From the NCBI RefSeq assembly GCF_023055435.1, contig NW_025964223.1, forward strand, positions 7,316,001-7,380,000: 64,000 nucleotides of DNA. Direction: 5' to 3'. The notes below the pieces were generated by a model that was not told the DNA's origin, searched no databases, and worked only from the letters and a program-made list of their open reading frames with translations. The stretch is from Haliotis rufescens (Eukaryota). The position numbers and the translations under genes are program-made. Below are positions 27,101 to 38,606 of this stretch, piece by piece (within the stretch, counting starts at the first letter, position 1; every line of letters starts with the position of its first letter).

Positions 27101-28010
27101 CATTTGGCCTAGGACTATGATGACAACATTCCGGCAAAAGAAAATATTTATTCAGATCTTTCATCTTTAATGTTGACAAATAACATGTTGCGGTTCCTAC
27201 ATTTTTACAGCAATGTATTGAAATATACTTAGAGAATGTACTGTACAATTCAGTGCCATCAACATGGTCTTACTATCTGCATCACAATACTTAGACTTCC
27301 CATCTGTAGAACCTTATGACATCATAATATTGATGTGTACTTACGAACAAAAATGTAATTTTCTCAAGGGATGTCAGTTAGAATAATGCTTACAGGATAT
27401 CTGCCTATGAGCTTTGTTATCTCATCTCACGTTGAAGAAGTTCAAGTATTATGAGGAAAATTTAGGTTTGGGTACAAAAGGCTGGCACATGTAGATAAAA
27501 ATTGATCTGCAATGGTCCTTGAATTTGCTCTTTCAACCTACTGAAAATATTAGGCTCAACCAATGCCACGTCTCTAATCTTTCCCACTATAACCAAATAT
27601 TTCGCAATTGCTTTGTCATTGTGATGTGGCACAGTGGAAATAAACTGTTTTCAATATTGAGGTTTCAAACTTCGATTCGATACCTGTAAATCCTTTAAAT
27701 TCAAAACTTCACGCTTTCTATTCCAAATACAACACAATGGAGTCTGCATTATAAGCAGTGCCTCGATGTGGGTAATACTTGTAACTTAATTCCCAGCTTC
27801 AGGTCTTTGGTGGGTCATGTTATGTTTACAAATTAGTTTTGGATTGAACCATTTATGAAACTCGGTTCATTTACTTATGCTTTGTAAGAGAACGGTAAAC
27901 ATACCTGAGTTGGCGCTCATCGTATTTTCTTCTGAGGTGATGACCTCAATCATCTGGTCATCCTCCTCCTGTGGCAATGACACACGTGTGACATCACTTG
28001 AACTGGCCAT
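18132..28010 (-). CDS. nSTAND3-type P-loop NTPase plus ankyrin-repeat protein (NLR-like architecture), about 1092 aa
   Basis: Exons 28010-27905, 21975-21895, 21223-18132 (both introns phase 1); Walker A GASGEGKT, Walker B FLVIDD, FGYPLTC, FAHSSIYD; many ankyrin repeats. The large exon is secure; the two small upstream exons are predicted. Confidence 0.85.
18196..19340 (-). repeat. Coding tandem repeat, 195-bp unit (two ankyrin repeats), about 6 near-identical copies
   Basis: The CCTCTAGTGTTGATATTAGAAGG landmark recurs with a 195-bp period (18286, 18481 and onward). Confidence 0.95.
21385..21645 (-). mobile_element. SINE-like family B
   Basis: Matches the family B body. Confidence 0.85.
22125..22328 (-). 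mobile_element. tRNA-headed SINE family D (Meta-domain-like), partial
   Basis: On the minus strand, CGTCATACCAAAAAGAC..ATGGTACTTG..GGCGCTCGGCATTAAGGGG; same family as 51723. Confidence 0.75.
24963..25132 (-). mobile_element. tRNA-derived SINE family A, inserted in the LINE
   Basis: TSD AAAACTACAA; A and B boxes. Confidence 0.9.
26360..26555 (+). repeat. Unclassified dispersed repeat, second copy at about 59380-59610
   Basis: Both copies share GCCATTTTGTTTAAA..AAGTGATATGAG..AGAAGGGACATAACTC..GACTTTTATAGTCAGTTAA. Confidence 0.65.
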
Positions 28011-28826
28011 CTCAGTCTTAGTTCTTTACACAGCTTCGTCATGCAGGGATGAAGTTGTCATTTTCTGGTCCATCTGAACAAAAATGCAATTTTAAGGAAA
28101 CACATTAATGCAACTGTTTATGCACTTGGGATGGTCTGGTCTTCCAGGGACTTATCTAAACCTGCCCAGAGATCGATTTTGGACAAAGGTCTGCAGAAAA
28201 ATTCAGAAAATAGTCTCAAACTGGAATTAAAAACTTCCCATTCATAATTCACACTTTGTAGTGTTTCACTTGTATCATGACCAATAAAGCAGAACATATA
28301 CGAGTGATCCGACAGGTCAGTCATGTCAATATGACCTCACAAGAACACATGCATCTCCTTGGTTATTGCGTAATCACTGACGATTAAATATGACATGTAA
28401 ACAACGTACAATTTAAAAGGACATCATTCGGACGTGTATCAACAAGATTGAACAAGATGGTTCCTCTCTTCCCGCCCTTACCAGTTCAATAGAAACTTTG
28501 ATAAATTCAGTGACACAGCCAGATGAATGTGAAGATGACTGTTCCCACTACTTTTGTCAACCACGTGTGACACCGCACAAACAGTCATAGTCAGGGTATG
28601 GTGCCCCACCAATATCTGTACTAGGAAATATATGCCAGACATGGTACCTAATAATGAACCACCTATGTTGAAACACTAAGTCCAAACCTCTTCTCCTTCT
28701 CTACGCATCAGGTCTCATACCCGACATTGATATAACCGTTTATTAAGAGGCTATTACGAGTACCTTCCAAAACAATGGCCAATATCCGTGATAGGTTTAT
28801 GTATAAGATTGTAGTTAAAACTGACC

Positions 28827-29090
28827 GACCCGTGAAGATCCGGGGTAGATTAAGTCTTCAGCAACCCATGTTTGTCGTACAAGGCGACTATGCTTGTCTT
28901 AAGAGGCAACTAACAGGATCGGGTGGCCAGGCTCGCTGACTTGGTTGATGCATGTCATCGATCCCAATTGCGTGGATCGATGCTCATGATGTCAATCACT
29001 GAATGGTCTGGTCCAGACTCGATTATTTACAGACCGCCGTCATATAGCTGGAATTTTGCGAAGTGCGGCATTAAACAACAAACAAACAAA
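28827..29090 (+). mobile_element. SINE-like family B, full length
   Basis: TSD TAAAACTGACC; starts GACCCGTGAAGATCC; (AAAC)n tail. Confidence 0.92.
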
Positions 29091-32049
29091 TAAAACTGAC
29101 CAATAAAGAAAGATTTATACGGGTACAGGAAAAGTGCCTTGTTCTCTGCATGTACGAAATTTCAAGACTATCTATTTTAAGGGAATAGGGAAAAAATGTT
29201 GATGCGAACAATATTTTAAGTTCCAATTGCATACAAATGTTACATTCATCAAGGGCGGAGCCAGCAATTTTTAAAAGGAGGGGTCCAAAACTTGGTTTTC
29301 AAAGAAGGGCTGGGTCCCGACTCCCTGGTGGCAAGGAATCCCAACACAATGTTTGTTCTGAAACCAACATCTCAAATCTGCATGTTGCTCCCAATGTAAA
29401 CTGAATATGTTTCTTCTGATAAAAAAACCAAACATAAACCATTACTTTTTTGAGAGAGCTGGGCGACTCTGTGGCCATCTTTCTGAGCATAATGTTTATC
29501 CAGAAAAACCATCATATCAGTCCGACACAGGATACTGCATAGTGACCAAACATACCCCAGAAACAATTTTAACTTCATATACTTTCTTGTGTCAGAGATG
29601 TAGAAAATGTAATTGCGACTGTATCTACATTCCATGACCTCGATTTATAATCTTTCAGTCAGTGAAAATAATTGTTTTATTCACATAAGAAAAAGAACAT
29701 TTGCTCATTAATATAAAATTCAAACTGACATTTAAATATACAACGTATTATATCATACTAATAGTGTAGCAAGAACATCTATACTCACTGTGCATTTGCA
29801 GCGGACTACGCCCAGTCCCAGCTTGCTATGATCGGAATGTGGCCAGGCAAGTTTTGTTAATATTTTGTTATGTCAGATTTTCAAATGTAAAGATTTGTGA
29901 AACTCACCGCCGATAGTTGAATGTGGCTCGTGTACAGCTCTGGGCAATAATTCACAAGTTCCAGGCACAATGATAAACATCCAACCAGGTCAAGCATTAT
30001 GACCACCAGCTTGTCTGGAAAGAATCAGATACTGGGATACACAAGGCTGAATCGGTGCAGCTATCCGGTTACTATGAAATGCAGCCAAACAGGTTATATC
30101 ACCAGCGGCTTCAACGAAACGCACATAGGCAGTGCAGCCATCCGTTACTATCACATGCAGCAAACCAGGTCACACATCGTAAGCACCCCATGTTCAAGTG
30201 GCCTACTAGGAACAAAGTATACCCTAAAAATCACCATGATATCATATTTAAAAATCCTTTGGAAATAGAAATGATTATAATATACATGTAAAGGAACATT
30301 CACCAAAGAATATTTGAATAAAATTTCATTAACATACGTACATGTCTGAATGATGAGATGTGATGGGTTCACGTGATCCTGATAAAGTACGATGTTTACC
30401 TTGGAGGGGAATATTTTTTTTCAAGGAGCGAATAAGTCCCTTACATCCGCTACGAGCAATGTATGCGTCCCTCGTTAGGTTTTATGCCACTGGTCTACCC
30501 GGACCCTTGGTAAATCACGTGATGTATTGTTTAATTAAAGTAACAACATGAGTAGCTTATGTTTGCATTTCTTTCTGACTTTATACTTTTAGTAAAGATA
30601 AAACATCAGTCAGGTTCGTTTTATACGTGTATCCAAATAGCATTTGCCATTACTCTGGTGACACGAATCCCAATCAGACATTTTGCATCCAGCTCTTGAG
30701 ACCTACAGAGTATAGCCGTGTACTCATACTCATTGAACATGCTTTCTGCACCTGATGAAATACATCTTTTCGGGGAACGAGTAGTCCACAAGCTGATACA
30801 TCTGAACACTCATCAGATTTAATGATTTAATTTGGCAGGCTTATGTTAGGGAGCATCCATTTGATTTGAGGGTAGGGTTTAGAACGAGCTTTTTCAAACA
30901 AGCTATTTATTTACTGAGCACCATCAAACAATGTATTCATTTTCACTATAAACACAATTGTTTTACGTTTGTGTATTTTTTCACAAAACGAACTATTCAT
31001 AAGATACATGAAAAGTTTCAGAATATTGTTTCATATTCTTCATGAAGGTTAACCATTAAAATAGTTTTCAATGAAAACATAAATGATTCAAGTAGTTGGC
31101 AAACATTATATGAAGTCATAATCTCACCGATAATGTTTTCCAAATGCTGTTGAAATTCACGAAATGTATCCCGTATTCCACACGACCTTCAGAACTTTTA
31201 CCACCTCAACCCTATACTGTGATATACCACCGAAAATGGTCTTATAGAAATAACCGTCCCCTTTACGGTAAACCATGTTTAAGTTACAGTACCCTGCTTA
31301 GATATAATACGTTAGTGTGTACTCTGAAAATAATGTGGGCCCACATCCGGCTGTATGTATGGTGGGACACTCGTTGTACTGACTGTCCTAGATGGGAACA
31401 ATACCTCACGTATTCCTTGTCCTTGCGTGAATATTGGCTGCTGCTTTGGGAGACTTATTCACGATGTGGGTCATCTGTGTTGAAAAATGTTTTATCATTT
31501 TGAAAATTGTTTCGATGTAAACTATTCACTTAGCTTGATTGAATTGGAATGTCGCCCTGACTAGTTTTTTCCAAAATTCCAAGTTTTCTCTTTATGTTGA
31601 ATGGCTGAGGGAGTGGAATTTCCCTCTGAATAGTTTATCTGAAACACATTCTATCTAGACTGAAGGTGTGACCCGCCAAGCACGCAGACTTGTCTCGTTT
31701 GGGGTCAGCCGTGTTGAAAAAAATGTTTCACCATTTTGTAAATTTTCGTTTCTAAATAGCCCTGCGGCATACTATTTCACACATTTACAAATCTCTATAT
31801 TTTTTAATATAACATGCGAAGGGAAAGATATACATAACAAACAAACAAATGTGTGTTCCATGATAAAAGTAGTTTTATTCAAAGCACGTTTTAAAACTAA
31901 TATGTTTTAAAGTTGGTTGATGACATGTGTTGTCACAAAAGTTTGAGAGAACAGTGTGTCAGTCACAACTAATAAAGACTAACAACGTCCAACAATAAAA
32001 GAAGTGTTTTTCTCCTATTGGTAGTCTTGGTCACTCATTTCACTACCAG

Positions 32050-32320
32050 GACCCGTGAAGATTCCGGGGTAGAATAGCTCTTCAGCCCATACTTGCCGTA
32101 AAAGGCGACTATGCTTGTCGTAAAATGCGACTAACGGGATCGGGTGGTCAAGCTCGCTGACTTGGTTGATACATGTCATCGATCCCAATTGCGTGGATCG
32201 ATGCTCATAATGTCCATCACTGGATTGTCTGGTCCAGACTCGATTATTTTACAGACCGCCGTCATATAGCTGGAATATTGCTGAGTGCGGCGTTAAACAA
32301 CAAACAAACAAATAAACAAA
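32050..32320 (+). mobile_element. SINE-like family B, full length
   Basis: Same 5' start and tail as 28827. Confidence 0.9.
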
Positions 32321-32339
32321 CATTTCATCACCAGCATTA

Positions 32340-33930
32340 TCAGATTCAGAGTCACTTTCTTCCCCGTCATATCGACATGTCTTTCATGACTGGCTTCATG
32401 AGAACTTGAATTTTGTCTTCGATCACTCTTTGATCTGTGGTAGGATCCATGTCACTTCAATCTATCTGGTATAGAACGAAACAACGGTACCTCTGAGAAA
32501 TAGGCAGTAAATTCGAGGATAGATTTCAATGTATTGACAAACATGTCTTCCCATGCTATTTTCAGTTTCCTATCAGTCCACGGCTCTGATTTTCCTGGCT
32601 GTCGATACGTTTTCCGTTTAAGTTTCATGTCCTCTCGATATATATTATACACACGATCCCACACGCGTTGCGGGCCGACGTTGCCATTCATTTCCAGTTG
32701 GGTTATGTGCAGTTTGGCCTCTGCCTCCTTTCTAGATAGGCACGTCTTCATTGTCGTCGTCGCTGTCCTCGTCATACCGCGCACGTTTTCTTAACGACTT
32801 CCATTTGTTCTCGGGGCACCACGTCCTGATATGATGCTGTAGGTCTTGCTTGTTGCCTTTCAAGACTCCACAATCGGTACAAGCAGTAGCCATGACGTGG
32901 GAACTAGTGTCGTCGTCATAAGATTCGCTTGTTATGGCATCAAAAATTATCACTGTTGAAGTTCTGGCTTGTATGAACGTTCGCCTCACGTGCTGATGTA
33001 GTGGTGTGATGTTGGTGATAGTTTCCATACATCGGAGTGCTACTTGGTTGAATCAGCGCTTTTACAACACTGTTGTTACGGGTCAAATCGGTTGTGTTGG
33101 CGGTTTTGACTGCTTTTTGTTCAGATTCATTGTTAAAATATTAGGTTGTAGTCGTTCCTTTTCACTATTGTAAGGTCTTAGGTCTACAGTTAGATTCCAA
33201 TAAGGGTGTTGCACTGCTTCGTTATATAATGACATGAAATTTTCTGAATTAAGAGGGGGCACGGGTGGCCCAGTCGTCTAAGGCGCCGCGATTCGCTGTG
33301 CAGAGTTGCGTCCCTTGGGCAAGCCAGAAACCTATGATTGTGGGTTTGAATCCTTGTTCGCCCCGATTATGTTTCTAGGTTTGTCAGCACCATACCCATG
33401 CTTGTTGGTTACACCGAAGTGGTAAACGTCTGAGACCTGCATCACTTCGGGCTTTCTTCCCACATTAAGCTGACACGCCGTGATGTAACTGGAATACTGT
33501 TAAAAGCAGCGTTAAACCAAACTCACTCACTCTGAATTTTGAGGATTAAGGAGTCTGGCAAATAAGTTCACCTGTTGTCTATCGACTTGAGAATTGAATA
33601 TAGTCACATCATGAGAGTTCAGAGCAATGTCACGTGACTCTTTACCTCTAGGAAACGGGTTTCGCAATAACAGAACATTAATCACATTTTTGTGATGGGA
33701 GGTACGTGTAAACAGTTGAGATATGCGTTTATCATCTTTTGTCTCGGACATCAAGTCATCTAAAACAATCATGTTGATCCGGGCATTAAACAAAGGAGGA
33801 GGAGGAGGGGTGTGAGGAGGAGTAGGAGGAGGAGGGTGAAGAGACTGATGCATCTCTCTTCTGTGTCTCATCATATTATCATATCTGGAAACGTGTTACC
33901 TACATTCTGGACAAGATGTTGACTCCATGT
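32340..33930 (-). pseudogene. Decayed Polinton/Maverick-like genes: packaging ATPase C-terminal half and zinc-finger ORF remnants
   Basis: IVLDDLM..LFTRTSHH..GKESRDIALN..DRQQV continues past the SINE as FMSLYNEAVQHPYWNLTVDL; also CTDCG..DLQHHIRTWCP; intronless, with frameshifts and stops. Confidence 0.75.
33255..33530 (+). mobile_element. tRNA-derived SINE family C interrupting the ATPase
   Basis: TSD-like TCTGAATT; A box GGCCCAGTCGTCTAAGG, B box GGTTTGAATCC, (ACTC)n tail. Confidence 0.88.
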
Positions 33931-34622
33931 TGACTACTGTGACACTGGGTCTCAGTAAGACGTGTCTGCTATTTAGGATAGTGCTGGTAGTGATAGTGGC
34001 AGATGAACAGTTGTCTTATGTCTGAGCATGGCATGGCATCTCAAAATTAATTTCTACACGCAGAGTATGGTACCGCCTACTCTATGATGCCTCACAGATG
34101 CTTTTCCCCAATATCATTACGTCTTTTCATCGGATCTTCTGAAGGACAGATTGCATCGTAGATTTTACTTTAAATATAGCTTGTCCTGGGGTTGAATTCA
34201 CTTTTGTTTGTTTTGTCTTCTACATGGTATTTCTATTCTTCTGTCTAACTTTTTAATTTGCTCGTCTTTTTAGTTTGGCTGTACACTAGTTGCAAATATA
34301 TCTCAGGACAGATAACTGGAGTTTTACCCATGTCCATCTTAAGGCGTCCTCCCCTCACAACTTCTTCCGCTGAAAATGGTTTGAATAAATGTGTTTTCCA
34401 TGTTTTATTGTCCGTCGTCATTAGAAAACATGAGTATGTGTATGCTGATTGAATAGTTTATACCTCAATACATGACAGAAACATAGAACTCTTTGATAAC
34501 AGTTTATTGAATACGATGGGCATTTGAAATAAGGTGGCATCTCGAACACATCCAAACTCGATGTTAAGCTTCCTTAGTCAGTCTTTCTCAGTCAATACAG
34601 ACATTATGGATCAACAAATATA

Positions 34623-36143
34623 TACTAGCCACATAAAGAAACTGTGCACGGAGAAAATATATTCTGGATTGAAATACAACACAGCAAGAACAAAATGATG
34701 CAGACGCTGTAGCAGCTGAATGATCGGACCATAAGAAAATGTCAACGGGACCTGAACAACATCTGTTACGATGACGTCAGAAGATCAAAATGGAGTAGGG
34801 GGTCATACGACAAAGTCACAAAGTCAATAACGGGTATGACCACCCTGTGCGGGAATCATAGCAGTGCATCGGCGACGCATGGAGTCCACCAAATTGGCAT
34901 GGAAGGCCTGGGGAATGACCTGCCATATCCTCCTCAAATCCTGTGCCAAGTCACGGACGTTATCTGGAGGATGTGGAAGACGACGAAGACGGCGCTCCAT
35001 TTCATCCCACACATGCTCTATTGGGGAGAGATCTGGAGAAATTGCAGGCCATGGCAGTAACATGACATTGTTATGGTGAAGGAAATCCATTGCGACCCTA
35101 GCCGTGTGAGGACGAGCGTTGTCCTGTTGAAAAGTCAATCCCGGGCCATGACGTTGCAGGAAAGGAATGACCACAGGCCTCAGAATCTGATCTCTGTAGC
35201 CAACACCGGTGAGATTGCTCTGAACATCCACCAAAGGGTTGCGGTGCCTTGCTGTTATCCCACCCAAAATCATCACAGAGCCACCTCCAAAACGATTCCT
35301 CTCCACAATACAGTTGCGTGCATAACGTTCTCCCAAACGCCGGTAGACACGTTGGCGCCCGTCACTGAGGGAAATGTTGAACCTCGATTCATCTGTAAAG
35401 ATAACATTTCTCCACCATATTCGAGGTTGGCGAACACGATTTCGACACCATCTTAGACGGTTGACTCGATGACGGTGTGTCAGGATGGGACGTATGGCAG
35501 GGCGTCGTGGTCGAATCCCGTACTGACGTAAACGATTCCTGACAGTGTTGGGATGGATACGGCGCAGTCCAGGAATTGTCTGGGACTTCGTTACTGCCGT
35601 TTGGAACCTGTGTCGGAGATGTGTAACTCGAATCCATCTGTCCTGTCTTGGCGTCGTTACTCGGGGACGTCCTGAACGTGGGTGGTCGGCAACGTCATTT
35701 GTGTTCTGATAACGCCTCACCAATGCCGATATCGTGTTACGATGGCATTGGAAATGTGTTGCCACCTGTTGTTGCCTCATTCCCGCTCGGATCATTCCAA
35801 TGGCTTCATGACGCTGTGCAGCTGTCAATCTTGGCATGATTTGCTTGTGATATGCCTGTGTCAGCGCCTGAGAAGTTTTGAATTTTTGAATGACCACAGA
35901 TCATGCTTTCCAAAGTGACAGCGAATTTTGAGTTGCACATGCTGTGTACAGCTGCACAGGATGCACGTGCAGTAACACATTGCACGTCCATAGGCCCCCA
36001 TCAATGACGTCATTTCGCATGGCACGTGCATGAGCGTTTGAATATCTCCAATAATTGCTGTGTTCAAACCTATATTTCATATATGGACGGTGTGCCCTTA
36101 TATCTATATTTTCTCCGTGCACAGTTCCTTAAAGAGGCTAGTA
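34623..36143 (-). mobile_element. Tc1 transposon, 1521 bp
   Basis: 38-bp TIRs TACTAGCC..TGTGCACGGAGAAAATAT with about 4 mismatches; TA TSD. Confidence 0.95.
34824..35837 (-). CDS. Tc1 DD34E transposase, 337 aa, uninterrupted
   Basis: MPRL.., GRPR, FTDES, FQQDNA, SPDLSPIEHVW; 34 residues between the second D and the E. Confidence 0.93.
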   Translation of the reverse strand: MPRLTAAQRHEAIGMIRAGMRQQQVATHFQCHRNTISALVRRYQNTNDVADHPRSGRPRVTTPRQDRWIRVTHLRHRFQTAVTKSQTIPGLRRIHPNTVRNRLRQYGIRPRRPAIRPILTHRHRVNRLRWCRNRVRQPRIWWRNVIFTDESRFNISLSDGRQRVYRRLGERYARNCIVERNRFGGGSVMILGGITARHRNPLVDVQSNLTGVGYRDQILRPVVIPFLQRHGPGLTFQQDNARPHTARVAMDFLHHNNVMLLPWPAISPDLSPIEHVWDEMERRLRRLPHPPDNVRDLAQDLRRIWQVIPQAFHANLVDSMRRRCTAMIPAQGGHTRY

Positions 36144-36269
36144 TATAAGCAATAATCACAAAACAATCAGACAGTGATCAGAAGAGTATTTTATACATGT
36201 AAACACTGTAAAGCGATGATCCGCTTGGTTGCTTCCACATCGTCATGGAACTTGGTCTTAGCATCTACC

Positions 36270-36399
36270 CACAGGAGTCCGTATCTAAAAATAGACGCCC
36301 TCATGCATATTCATGACCACCTCCACATCTTCGGGCTCGCGTGTGGAGATGGTCATGAATATGGATGAGGGCGTCTATTTTTAGATACGGACTCCTGTG
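36270..36399. mobile_element. 130-bp foldback MITE with a 7-bp TSD (P/Galileo-like)
   Basis: Near-perfect palindrome CACAGGAGTCC..GGACTCCTGTG flanked by ATCTACC on both sides. Confidence 0.85.
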
Positions 36400-36554
36400 A
36401 TCTACCACACATTGGTCGCTTTCTTGCAACTATTGAGGGGATTGCACAACAACTGTTTCGTTGAGGTGATCTGCTGCTCGCAACATATTTCCACGGGTAA
36501 AAGGTGGCCTTTTCAGTGGTCATTCTGTACAATGCAACAAATATTTTCTGACAT

Positions 36555-36750
36555 GATAATGTCTCTGACTTCCATTTATATTTTTCCCTAATAAATTATC
36601 TCCACTCCATTTCGATTGAAATACAATGTTCGAGTCATGTGGAGATAGTCCAACACCCCATCGCCTATCATAAGGACTAGCCTCTACAAGAATTCCAGGA
36701 TAATAATTGATCAGAATGTCTTTTAAATAAGCAGACTGACGATATTTTGC
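36555..36750 (-). pseudogene. NADAR (YbiA/DUF1768) domain fragment
   Basis: KYRQ..LK..LVEASPYDRRWGVGL..WSGDNLLGK, then a frameshifted MEVRD; 5' part missing. Confidence 0.8.
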
Positions 36751-36774
36751 ACACACACACAACACACACACAAT

Positions 36775-36995
36775 CACGGGGTGTCAGCTTAATGTGGGAG
36801 GAAAGCCTAAAGTAATGTAAGTTTCCGAAGTTTACCACTTTGGTAAACCTCACAAGCATATGTATACTGTTGACAAACCTAGAAACATAATCAGGTAAAC
36901 CCAGGATTCGAACCCATGATCATATGTTTGTGCGTTGCCAAGGGGTGCAACTCTGCAAAGTTAATTAAGTCGCATAAGACGACTGGGACTCCCAC
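36775..36995 (-). mobile_element. SINE family C, degenerate
   Basis: Matches the family C body. Confidence 0.75.
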
Positions 36996-37134
36996 TGATC
37001 ATCCATAACCATGGACTGGTCACAATGATTGGGACTACTAAACTAACAATGGTCAGGATCCAGAAGTAGACATGGCCTCTGAGAAAAGACGGCTCTCCCT
37101 AACTATATGCCAATATAGTGGGGGTAAAAACGAC

Positions 37135-37362
37135 AGATCTGTGAAGATCGGAGTTAGAAAATAGGTCTTCAGCAACCAATGCTTGTCATTAGAGGTAACT
37201 AACGGGACCGGGTGTCAGGATCACTGTACTTGGTTGATGCATGTCATCGATCCTTATTGAGTGGATCGATGCTCATGATATCATGATATCAATCACTGGA
37301 TTGTCTGGTCCGGACATAAGGCTGGAATGTTGCTGAGTGCGGGATTAAACAATGAACAAAAC
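37135..37362 (+). mobile_element. SINE-like family B, degenerate
   Basis: Family B body and tail. Confidence 0.8.
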
Positions 37363-37872
37363 AATCATAAAAATGACATGCTAAAATGTTTGATTGTTGG
37401 TCTAAAACCGATTTATTTTATATAAATGCATTCACATAAGATCATTTAAACAATGAAATATCTGATTCATTATCAGTGTTGTTGAGGTAATTGCCAAAAT
37501 GCCCTTCCAACATTCACTATTTGTATTTCACGTCAAATCCTTTCACACAACATGACTTAAACATTAAACAAAGCTGGTGAAGAAGCAGGACGAGATGTAA
37601 TGATACACAATTACAGACTTTATGTGAGGTCAACACCTGTCTTTATCGACCAGAAAAAAAGCAATATGGACAACTTCTGGGTAAATCCCATTCTATTTTT
37701 AGTAACACAAGTCAATACTACAAATTATCTTACCTGACTTCACATGTGACCAATGAATGTGGCAGAAATATTTGTATTATATAAAAATACAGCTTCTTGT
37801 TGCACCATTCAAACCTCAAGAGTAATGTCGTGGTAACATACACAAAAACTCAACACGAGACTTGTTGAGAGC

Positions 37873-37956
37873 AAATCTCATTAAAATCAGATCTTTGTTC
37901 TGGCTTCTGCTTTGTTTAGCGGTAGCGAGAACTAAGGCCTGATTTTAATGAGATTG
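37873..37956. mobile_element. 84-bp minimal Mutator-like MITE
   Basis: Ends AATCTCATTAAAATCAG / CTGATTTTAATGAGATTG; 9-bp TSD GTTGAGAGC / GTCGAGAGC. Confidence 0.75.
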
Positions 37957-38334
37957 GTCGAGAGCCATTTGCATTGTCAAAGGAAATGAATAGCAGCCAG
38001 ATAAAAACATACATTGGTTGATTTGAGTCAACTAAATGAAACAATGGATAGAGCCCTCTTATACAGACAAACAGAATAACAATAAGCCATCATATAATTT
38101 TCCTTCATACCATTTAAAAAGTCACCCATATATAATATATAACCCTGTATCACTGTTGTATACTTGTATCGTTTTGTATCAATCCATGACCTACGGATAC
38201 AAATACTCGTATCGTGGCACCAAAGGTTTGGTGAATTATTACACAGCCAGGCAGTTTGGTGTAGCAAGCACACATAATATTCAACTTTTCATTTGGATAA
38301 TCAGTTATGGCAGATATATTTAAGCATACAGTTG

Positions 38335-38606
38335 AGTGAGTGAGTGAGTTGGGTTTAACGCAGCTTTTAACATTATTCCAGTCATATCACAGCGTGTCAG
38401 CTTAATGTGGGAGGAAAGCCCGAAGTGATGCAGGTCTCAGACGTTTACCACTTCAATGAAACCCACGAGCACGGGTATGGTGCTGACAGACCTAGAAACA
38501 TAATCAGGGAGAACCAGGATTCGAACCCACAATCATAGGTTTCTGGCGTGTCCAAGGGACGCAACTCTGCACAGCAAATCACGACTACTGGGCCACCTGT
38601 GCCCCC
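38335..38606 (-). mobile_element. SINE family C, putative source of the chimera at 52.1 kb
   Basis: TSD ATACAGTTGAG; (ACTC)n tail. Confidence 0.9.

Noticed and set aside
2360-36760. Single co-functional immune cluster of deubiquitinase, STAND-ankyrin and NADAR
   Set aside because: Genes are more than 10 kb apart, NADAR is a broken fragment, and eukaryotic proximity alone is not evidence; synteny or co-expression would be needed
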